Part shown: positions 51,419-61,000 of the stretch, in pieces
How the letters are laid out: each line of letters starts with the position of its first letter
How positions within the stretch are numbered: position 1 is the first letter of the stretch
Assembly (NCBI GenBank): GCA_029953675.1
Contig: JAMWBK010000010.1
Location: 1,612,001 to 1,676,000, forward strand
Source of the DNA: Rhodosorus marinus CCMP1338
Taxonomy: Eukaryota; Plantae; Rhodophyta
DNA: 64,000 nucleotides
Direction: 5' to 3'
The notes under the pieces: model-generated
Database searches by the model: none
Told to the model about the DNA's origin: nothing
What the model saw: the letters and a program-made list of their open reading frames with translations, nothing else
Made by a program: the position numbers and the translations under genes

Positions 51419-52216
51419 GAGGCGTCACACTCGCCTCAAGTACATCCTCAGCGAATTTTTGACTCGGATAAGGCATACGGTTGAGGTTGAGTCGGAACTG
51501 CCCAGATCAATCTCGGACTCTGCACCGCCCCGTTGTATAGCCGATCTCCTCGTCTCCGACGCTGCTGCCAGACGCTAAACATATGTGGACCTTGCGATTA
51601 CCTTCCCCGTGGCCAGCGCCCACCTCACCGCAGCCGCCCGCCGCCGGGGGGCCGTGGCTTCAGCCCTTCGAAGAGTTAAGGAACGACGGTATGCTGAGAG
51701 CATGGCCAGTCTGCCTTGCGCTGAGGGTCGCTCTCACCGGTTCCAGCCATTCATTGTGGAAAGCTTTGGTCACGTCGATAAGTCGGGTTTAGAGTGGTTG
51801 CGGAAATGTTTTGCTGAGCATCCTACTGAATATTTGGCGCTCTTGAGGCGTTTAAGTGTCTCCCTTTGGCGATATTCCAGCGACATGCTTTCCGAGGCGC
51901 GCCATCGGCGCCTGGGGTTGCATGCTTCCCTCCCTAGTTATTAGTTCATCTTCACGCCTTGCGTAGCGCTTCAGGCTATGCTAGTAAAGTCCTAGTAAAG
52001 TCCAGTAAAGTCCTACTGAATATTTGGCGCTCTTGAGGCGTTTAAGTGTTTCCCTTTGGCGATAATCCAGCGATATGCATTCCGAGGCGCGCCATCGGCG
52101 CCTGGGGTTGCATGCTTCCCTCCCTAGTTATTAGGTCATCTTCACGCCTTGCGTAGCGCTTCAGGTTATGCTAGTAAAGTCAGCAAAGTCCAGTCCAGTA
52201 AAGTCCAGTAAAGTCC
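51419..52216 (+). mobile_element. 5'-truncated family 1 insertion made of two tandem 3' ends, TSD AGATCAC
   Basis: 51419-52010 is about 99% identical to 62989-63578; 52011-52216 is a second, more diverged last about 205 nt. AGATCAC at 51412-51418 and 52217-52223. Confidence 0.9.
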
Positions 52217-52612
52217 AGATCACCCGCCGGTGGCGGCCATCAATCAACATGCAGCCGGAACGCGTCTCAATCAACTTCCGCTCAGGACAGGTGTCACGGT
52301 TCCAGTGGACTATTTCACGTCTCCAACAGCCAGCTGGGTATTACTCAAATTATTCCATATTTCGAGTTTTATTCCCCCCTAATTACTCCCAAATTAGGTA
52401 ATATATCCCAATTCTATCTTGTTCTTCTCTATCTTCTTCCTCTTCTCTCCAGCTAACCTGGGAAATATCGAGTTTTGCCCATCGTACTTATACTCTTGCT
52501 CCATCGGGATGTGCAATAACTATTAAGCTCAAAAGGGTGTTGCACCTCCAGAGATTTTGGCACAGCCCGAGCATAATTTTGCATAGCCGGACATTGCTGG
52601 AAGGTGGAGACG

Positions 52613-55600
52613 TCACATCCCTCCCACCGAAGAAGAAGCGCGGGGTCGGGCAGATTCAGCAGCACGATGAAAGTTCATGTAGTAGCGAATTTGCCTTTTT
52701 GTAGCAGAGGTTTGTGGCAACCACTGGTGAGCTGCAATCCATCGAGCATCAGCTACTGTTTCCCCCTCGAAGTATACCATATATTCGCTGGTTCCCTCTG
52801 GTTTCATCCGATGACCAAGTACGGATGCGATTTCGCCTCCAGTCGCTGCTTCAGCTACCAACTCGGGTATGTCGGGTTGTACGTTGTCGGGAGAACCGAC
52901 AAATTTCCTCAGCAGGGAAACGTGGAACGTTGGATGTACCTTCATTTCGGTTGGTAACTGCAGGGTATAAGCGACATTGTTCACCTTACGCTGGATTCTG
53001 AAGGGTCCGATGTATCGAGGTCTGAACGGTTTGGGATCTCGTAGCGGCAAGTTCGTGGTTGATAAGAGCACCATTTCGTCAGGGAAAAACTCAGGGTCAC
53101 GCCTTCCCGCGTCGTAGCGGTTTTTCTGTACTTGCTTTGCGTACAACATGTTGTTCCTTGCTGCAATGTATTGGTCCTGCTGATGTCGTAAAAGAACTTC
53201 GGCTGCCTCAGGTAAGGGAGAAACGATAGCCTCCTCTGCACGTGGTACTATTAATGTTCCCGGTAGCTCAGGGTTTCGTCCGTACAGAAGTTCGAAGGGC
53301 GAATACTTAGTAGATTCCGAGATTTGCGTGTTGTAGACCAACTCCGCCATGGAAAGATCTGCGGCCCATGTAGTTCGGGTACTGTTGCATCGGAGGTATG
53401 TCTCCAACGTCTGATTGACTCGCTCCGTTTGTCCGTCCGTTTGCGGGTGATAGGCTGTACTCAAATTCGTTCTGACCTTAAGTATACCCATCAGTCGTTG
53501 CCAGAATAGGCTGGTGAACTTAGAATCCCGGTCTGAAATTATGGTTCGGGGTAATCCCGCGAACCGCACCCAGTGTTCGAAGAATAATTCTGCCGTTTTC
53601 GCCGCATCTGCGTCCGTCCGGGTTGGTATAAATTTCGAATATTTTGTGAAGCGATCGACAATTACTAGGATTGCATCAGCTCCCGATGTAGTCATGGGAA
53701 GACTAACGATGAAATCCATGGTGATGTCCTGCAACTTTGTTTCTGGTACAGGTAGCGGCTGTAGAAATCCTTGTGATGCCCGGAGTGGTTTCTGCTTTTG
53801 GCAGATTTCGCACTTTCCAACCATTGATTGAACGTCATCCCTCATTGTGCGCCAATAATAACGTCTCTTCAAAAGGTTGACTGTTTTATGGAGACCGAAA
53901 TGTCCTCCCGTGGGTTCCTCATGATATCGCCGTAGTAAGTCCGGTACGAATTTCTGGGGCACACAAACGCGATGATGTTTGTACAAGATGTCCCGCTTTC
54001 TACGAAATCCCTGCTCCTCGTACTTCACTGCTTCTGGGTAGACTGCTGCGAAATCAGGATCTTGTAGATATGCTCCGGTCCAATCTTCTTGGGATAGTAT
54101 ACCGGAAACCGCCATCTGGTTGATCGCTCCCCGGCTGAGTGGGTCCGCAATATTTTCCGCCCCTTTCTTGTATTCGATATTGAAGGAAAACGGCATTAAG
54201 CGATTCACATATCTCGCTTGTCTCTTGGTAAGCTCCTTTTGCGAGTGTAGAAAACGCAAAGGGTTATGGTCGGTGCGAAGCCCAAATCGTTGGCCCTCGA
54301 CGTACGTCCGCCAATGTAATACCGCTAGGGTCAACGCGTAGAGTTCCCGTTCATAAGTGGAATACTTCTCCTCCGTAGTGGTGAACCGCTGTGAGAAGTA
54401 CGCAATTGGATGTTCTCCATCTTCAAAGGTTTGCAATAACACAGCCCCTACTCCCTTGTTACTGGCATCAGTACAAATTGTGAAGGTTTTTGTAAAATCC
54501 GGATTTCGTAGTACTGGCTGCTGCATCAATTTCTCCCGCAGGGTGTCAAATGCTTTCTGTTGCTCCGGTCCCCACAGAAATTCTACATTCTTCCTCGTGA
54601 GGTTGGTCAGGGGTGCTGCTACCGGGCTGAATCGTGGCACATAGTTACGGAGATAGCCCGTAAAACCCAAGAAGGACCTGACATCGTGCACATTTTCTGG
54701 GACTTGCCAATTTTTAAGGGCGGCTACCTTGCTAGGATCCGGCCGTCGTCTCCCACTCCCAACCAGATGACCCAAATATTTCGTTTCTGGTACACCGAAG
54801 ACGCACTTTGACCGCTTTGTATAGAGTCGGTGGTTTCTCAGCTTCGAGAAGACGATGTCTAGATGTCTTTTGTGGTCTTCCTTATTCGCCGAGTAGATAA
54901 TAATGTCGTCAAAGAAGATCATGACGAAAACGTTTAACTCGATGAAGAAAATACTGTTCAATAGTCGAGTAAACACAGCAGGAGCATTTGTCAGTCCAAA
55001 CGGCATCACTAACCACTCGTAAAGACCAAATGGCGTCGTGAACGCTGTTTTTGGAATGTCCTTCTTCTCCACGCGTAGTTGCCAGTAACCACTCCTCAAA
55101 TCGATCACACTGAGATATGTGGCTTTGCCGAGAGCATCTAGACAATCGTCTATTCTTGGCGGGCTGGTCTTGTTGAGGATGGTTGCCTGGTTCAGTTTGC
55201 GGTAATCGATGCACAATCGCCGCCCACCATCTTTTTTGTCCACAAAAAGACAGGGTGAAGCAAAAGGCGGTGAGCTAGGTCGAACGAGGTTTTTGCTCAG
55301 CAAATCTTGTAGTTGAGTTTTCAGATCCTTCTGATCTGCAAGACTCATTCGGTATGGTCTTTGGGATGTTGGTTCAGTTCCCGGTTTCAGATCAATTGTA
55401 AAGTTGACGTTTCGCCAAGGGGCCAGGTTCTTAATGTCTTCCACAAAAACGTCAGCGTATTTATCCGTAATAAATTCCTCCAGATCTTTCGCCTCTTCCA
55501 GTCGTTTTTGTGTAAATTTCGTCATATTTTTGATTTCGGGTTCCTCCGTATAATTTTCAGGTTCTGGGTGGTCAGGTTGTTCAGGTTCTACTTCAGGGTT

Positions 55601-56229
55601 TTGTTCAGGTTCTTCTTCACTGTAATTCTCCCGGTTTTCAGGTTTCTGTTCAGGCTGAGTGACAAGTTCTTCAGCTTCTTCTGGTTGATTGCTCAGCTTG
55701 GCTTCTGGTTTAATGGCTGGATCTGTTTCAGTTTCTTCGGGGTATTCAGGTTCTTCTGGGTATTCGGGTTCTTTTTCTGGTTTTCCTTCTGGTTTGATAA
55801 GTTTATCTTCTGGGTATTCGGGTTCTTCTGGGTATGCAGGTTCTTTTTCTGGGTTTAACATCAGCAGCTGGTTTGGTAGGTCGAGTCTCGCTTGATAGTA
55901 GCTGAGGAAATCTCTTCCCAAATATCCAGGGCTCGTAGCGTCTTCAACTACATAGGGCTGCCAATCGAAGTGATGACCACCTAGTTGTAGGGTCACGTTG
56001 GCTTCGCCCAAGATTTTTATGGATGTGCCCGGCGAGGCCGTGTCCAATTTCCGTGTTGAGTCGGAATTATTGTGGTGGCGTCCGGTCTTCCCCTCAAGAC
56101 AGAGTGGCTGCTGCCTGTATCGACGAGCAGGGGGGTTACCTTGCCGTTGACCAACCCTTTGACTGTCATGTCCCCGTGGAGAGGGATAGGGACGCCTTGT
56201 TCAGCAACAGTAACGGCGTCCCCTACTGC
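52613..56229 (-). CDS. pol: Gypsy Pol: protease - Glu/Pro spacer - RT - RNase H - integrase - chromodomain (frame break inside protease)
   Basis: LLVDTGSS (separate frame), RLCIDYRKLN, FFDD, TDASNKGVGAVL, GHFG..C..C, DRDSKF, GPF, chromodomain EYMVYFEG. Confidence 0.93.
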
Positions 56230-56999
56230 TGCTCCTCTTTTAACTGCTGGGTTAAAGGCGGTGCCGACTTCGAGACAGTCAGATCCCGATCAGGGTTGTT
56301 CCAGCAGATCCTTTGTGTATGCCCCTTCTTCCCGCAGTAGTTGCAAACAATGCTGGTGTAGTTACGCTTCTGCAGCGCTTGCGTTCCGGGTTGGTAAATG
56401 CGTCCAGACCTGGTTCCCCTGCTTACAGTGGTCTGGGGCGTTGCCATTTTTTGGGGAAATTTCTCTTCCCGTCTGGAAGGTTGGCTGGCTGCCTCAGCTC
56501 CCTCAATTTTTAGGGCAAGTGCCTGTGCCGCCTCAAAATCCTGCACGTCCTGTATGTAGATGTATTTCTTGACCTCGGGTTTAAGGCCTTCGACGAAGCG
56601 GTCGAATTTCTCTGAATCAGAAATTTCTCCAACCTGGATCAGACATTTGTTGAAATATGCGGAATATGCTGCTACACTCGTTTTCTGCTCTGCCCGTGCG
56701 AGTTGCTGTTTCGCGCGGATATTAGCGTCTGCTGGGTAGAATTGCGATTTTAAAGCATCCTCAAATCCGGCGTAGCGCGTGGGTTTTTGCGATTCAGGTA
56801 TCAGGGACCACCAATACGAAGCGTCGCCAGTGAGATAGCCCTCTGCGAGGGTAATCTTGTAGTCGTCGTCGTCGTCAGGCAGACGAGCCAACTTAAAATA
56901 CGTTCTCAAGCTGTTCAGGAACGTAGCAATGAGCAAAGCGTCGCGTCGCCCGTCATAGGCTTTCGGTTGCGGGGCCTGGATCTTGATGAGTGATGCCAT
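56223..56999 (-). CDS. gag: Gypsy Gag with CCHC zinc knuckle
   Basis: PKAYDGRRDA, YLTGDASYWW, FVEGLKPEVK, CNYCGKKGHTQRIC. Confidence 0.9.
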   Translation of the reverse strand: MASLIKIQAPQPKAYDGRRDALLIATFLNSLRTYFKLARLPDDDDDYKITLAEGYLTGDASYWWSLIPESQKPTRYAGFEDALKSQFYPADANIRAKQQLARAEQKTSVAAYSAYFNKCLIQVGEISDSEKFDRFVEGLKPEVKKYIYIQDVQDFEAAQALALKIEGAEAASQPSRREEKFPQKMATPQTTVSRGTRSGRIYQPGTQALQKRNYTSIVCNYCGKKGHTQRICWNNPDRDLTVSKSAPPLTQQLKEEQQ

Positions 57000-58080
57000 C
57001 TGCTGTTTGTCAGGTTTTGGTTCTCAGGTTCACTGGTTCTAGTAGTACTGGGCTCACTTTTCAGGTTCGCATAATGGTTCCTCAATCGCAACTTGCGATG
57101 AGACCAGATTTCACGTCTCCAACAGCCAGCTGGGTATTACTCAAATTATTCCATATTTCGAGTTTTATTCCCCCCTAATTACTCCCAAATTAGGTAATAT
57201 ATCCCAATTCTATCTTGCTCTTCTCTATCTTCTTCCTCTTCTCTCCAGCTAACCTGGGAAATATCGAGTTTTGCCCATCGTACTTATACTCTTGCTCCAT
57301 CGGAATGTGCAATAACTATTAAGCTCAAAGGGGTGTTGCACCTCCAGAGATTTTGGCACAGCCCGAGCATAATTTTGCATAGCCGGACATTGCTGGAAGG
57401 TGGAGACGTCACAGACTACGTAGCGGCCTTCCCAGTCATCGGGAATGGCAGTACACAACCTACCTACGCTGAGCGCAAGGCTCAGAATGCCTCAGTGCGC
57501 GGAAAGCAGCACAAACCCGCACAGTAGTAACCCCAGGGCCGCAGACCCAGCAAGTTGCCGTGAGACATCAGCACGCTACGGTGGGAGGAGCTATCTGGGG
57601 ACCAGAGACTACACCGGTCCTCGCCACGCTCAGGAATGTACGACCCCCGCGGCAGGATGAAGTGGCCCCATCAGACTTTGCAACGGTTCTTTTGCCAAGC
57701 ATTGGGGATCCCGAGCTCTTATCTCTTATGTGGTGCACGAGGACTTCATTGCTTCCCACGCCAGCCCTATATGCCACCCAGACGCAATCCCGCTTCTCTA
57801 AAGCGCCATTACACGGGGAGTTTTAGGACAGGGATTTTCGGATCCATTTACCCTGCGACACCCCGATCGGGAAGTGACCCTGTCAACTGGCCAGGCGCCC
57901 GAGGCCGATAACCTACTGGGATACAACGAACGCCAACGCATCGCACAGGCGGACATCGCGGCCCAGTCACTGCAGAGGACCATCGAGCAGATTATTCGCG
58001 TCCGTTCGAGGCTTCGCAGGATGCATCTCTCTTTCAATACTCTCGCGGCACTACACGAGTATCTGGACACAGCTAGCGGT

Positions 58081-61000
58081 ACTGGTTTTTTTTTTGTTGG
58101 CTGAGTTGGGCGCGATTGAGTTTGTTCGAGATTTTGGTGTGGGCCGCCATCTTTCTGCGGCTGTTACTCGCCTTTCCCGGCGTCTCCGGGTCGTTCGCGA
58201 AGGGTTTTTTGGGTGGTTTTGGTCTGGGAAGGTGGTTCCGGTAGGGGATTGGTTTATTTTTAGTGTTGGTGTTTTGCGCGGCGATATTTCGGTCATCGGC
58301 AGTGCTTGTGGGGTAGAGCTACTTGATTGGCTACATTCGGTGTGGTAGGTGTAAACCCAGACATATGTGCAGACCGCAGACTATGTTGCAGAGCCATATG
58401 ATGCCTCTTAAGGCTTCACGAAGAGCCAGAAACTCAACCACACGGGTTGAAGTTGCGTTCAGTCTGCTGCATTGCTGGACAGCTTTGGGGGTCGGTCTGT
58501 GGACGTGCTCGGATTCGCATACGCAGATGAGGTACTGTACTTGAAAGCATTAAGGGTTGACTACCAATCAACTAGGCTCCAGTTCGAAATGATGTACTTC
58601 TCTGTCAGGTACCGAGCAGGAGCAAGTCGCACGTGTCTACTGAGGAGTACCTGTGCAGCTTCCGTTGGATTCATCAAAAATAGTAACTTAGTCATTGGCA
58701 GGATGGTAGGTGCTGGAAGGGTTATCTGGGTCACCTAATCAATCTGGGGTTTTGTTTCTTTTTCGGTCGCGAGCGTGTTCGTTTACGGGAAGCACTTCCT
58801 CTGGTACGCCTTCCCCTCGATTTTCCGCGGTGCGTCGTTTGCTTTTGCCACTACTTCTGTCTTCCGGGTGGGTGTGTTGCGGGGCCTTTCCTATTTGGGT
58901 TGGGTTTGGTCGATTATTCTCTCGGTGCGGTTTCATATTGGTGGTGCAACGTTTCTTTTGCGCATTCCCTCAGGATGGTAGGGATATCTCCGCGCTCGAC
59001 GGAGCCTCCTCCCAAGGAGGCACTGCCAGGTGGGGGACTCTGTGTTCGCCTCAGCTGCGGCACGTTTTCTTCCGAGGTTGACTTGGAAGGCGCTTCTGGC
59101 ACCCAGGCGCGTGCACTTATCTCCGCTGTCACCAGCCTGATCACGGCTGCGAGTGATCGTGGAGTGCTCCCTCAGCTCACCCAGAAGCTAGGTGGGCTGG
59201 AATCGGGATTGGTGGCCAGGTCAAATTCAAATTCGGACGAGAATTTGAATTGCCCCAGAGTGGCAGCGTTGGCTGAAGGCAGTCAACATCCGGTCAATCA
59301 ACATGAACCTGTCCCGGGACAGGCGAGGGCTGTTGCTTCTGCGCGGGACAGTACGACGTTGGGGAGCGGCAGGCCGGGCCAAAACGCGCTTCAGCGCTCG
59401 GGGACTCGAGGCAATGGTGGTGGTGACTGTGCGGCAACCGGTGTGGAGGAGACTGCAGCTGTGGACTTCCCTCTCTTGGACCAGCCCTCAGGTGGTCACC
59501 AGCTCCCGGCTAATGCGGGGGCACGTGGTGGCCGCAAGGGGGGCGCTTCGTACGCATCAGTCTTGCGGAAGGGCACCACTGCCACACGTACGGCGGCTAT
59601 GCTCCGTTTCATACCATCTCGCGACCCTCAGGATGGACCTGTGGAGACCACTCTCCAATTTCTGTGGGTGCGAAATGTCCGGCCCCAGACTACACGAGGA
59701 CAGGTTCCGTCTATGCGAGACTTCCGGGACACTTTTGCGGAATCGTTAGGGTGCAGCCGGGGTGATTTCTTCTTCGCAAACTATGAGGGCCGCGACGTGC
59801 TGTTTTTGGTCTCCGCAACCGCCGCCAAGTACCTGGAGGCCTAGCTGGCGAAGCCTACCGAGCAGTGGCCTGAGAGCGCCCGGTGGCCTGAGAGCGCCCG
59901 GTGGCTGCGCTGCAACCCGCAGGTGGTTTTGCACTTGGATTTTGACCGTTTCTCGGGCAATTTCCTGTCTCCGGGAGAAACGGCAGGGCTCTCTGAGCAT
60001 GAGAGCAGCGTGAAGGCGGCAGCGATCCATTGGCTACGGATTCAGCGCCTTGAGAGGATCTTGTTGGAGCGGTTCCGGTCGGGCCCTCGTCACCTGCGCA
60101 TGGCGGTTTCCAGTTTCCTCGATCTGGAGAGGCGACTTGTGCTGACTTCGCGCTACAAGACAGAGCTGCAGCGGGTGGGGATTTTGGAGGGCTCTGCTTC
60201 CAGCACTACTTCCAGCGAGAGTGGTGAGGCAGGGGAGCAGACTGAGGGCATGGCGGTGGTGGACGCCCAGGTTACTTTGCTGAAGCCCGCGGGATCCGTT
60301 CCGCGAGCCTCGCGGAGTGGGCGGCTCACGACCTTGGTGCGGATAGGAGGTAAGAGAGCGAGGACCGACTCCCCCGGGTCTAAGGGGGAGAAGCACGATT
60401 AGCGCTCCAGGCACGGCTGCGAGGTCGCAGCCTATGGATCTACAGTCTTATGTCCTGAAGGAGGGCGGAGACTGGGGCATTTGGCGTACGCGTTTTCGGA
60501 GTTGGCTCCGGCGGTGGATTTCTTTGGAAGGAGGCTCGCTTCCCCTCCGTGGGGGCATTCCCCCAGTCGTCCTTCCTCGTGGAGACCTTCTAGTAGCTGG
60601 AACCATTCTCGATTTCATCTTCACGAGCCTGGCTCGCAACATTCGGGACACAGTCATTTGGGTTTTTCTGGGGGTCATGCCGCGGCTGATTCTGGCCCCC
60701 ATTCACACATCGGAGCGCAGATGGCGAGTACGAGACCGACTGGCCCTGTTCTTGAGGGGAGACTTCGAAGTACTACAGCGCAGCTATTTGGCGTCGTCAG
60801 CACCATCCGTCCGTCGGACTCGGCATGGCACAGTGTCGCCCGTGCCGGCTCGAGTACAGAAATTGGTAGCAGCGGGCGATTTAAGTCGAGCGGCGCGGGT
60901 TTTGGAGGGCCAGGCGCCTGTCCTCCCCTACGATGATAGTCTCGCGCAGACGGTGTCGTCTTTGTTCCCTGAGTCCGACGTGGATTTGTCCCCTGAATTC

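Larger units (their letters stand above)
52313..57413 (-). mobile_element. Full-length young Ty3/Gypsy chromovirus (family A), TSD GACTA
   Basis: 305-bp LTRs 57109-57413 and 52313-52617 differ at 3 positions; GACTA at 52308-52312 and 57414-57418; PBS TGGTCTCATCGC; PPT GGGAGGGA. Confidence 0.97.
50869..58080 (+). mobile_element. 5' part (ORF1) of a CRE-like family 2 element disrupted by two insertions
   Basis: ORF from ATG 50978 rejoins in frame after removing 51419-52223 and 52313-57418 (LLQDH|PPVAAINQH...VPVDY|VAAFP). Later LRNVRPPRQDEV resembles family 1 ORF1 VRNVRPQTTRGQV. Confidence 0.7.

Noticed and set aside
52453-52665. Recurrent ORF ..CDVSTFQQCPAMQNY.. (also 16215 and 57249)
   Set aside because: Translation of LTR sequence; recurrence reflects LTR copies.
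54905-54920. RT catalytic motif FFDD instead of YxDD
   Set aside because: VFFDD is common in chromoviruses; not a defect or novelty.
55313-55895. Hydrophobic and Ser/Gly-rich + strand ORFs
   Set aside because: Antisense shadows of the Glu/Pro spacer in pol.
58472-58738. AYADEV as a second RT motif
   Set aside because: No other RT motifs around it.
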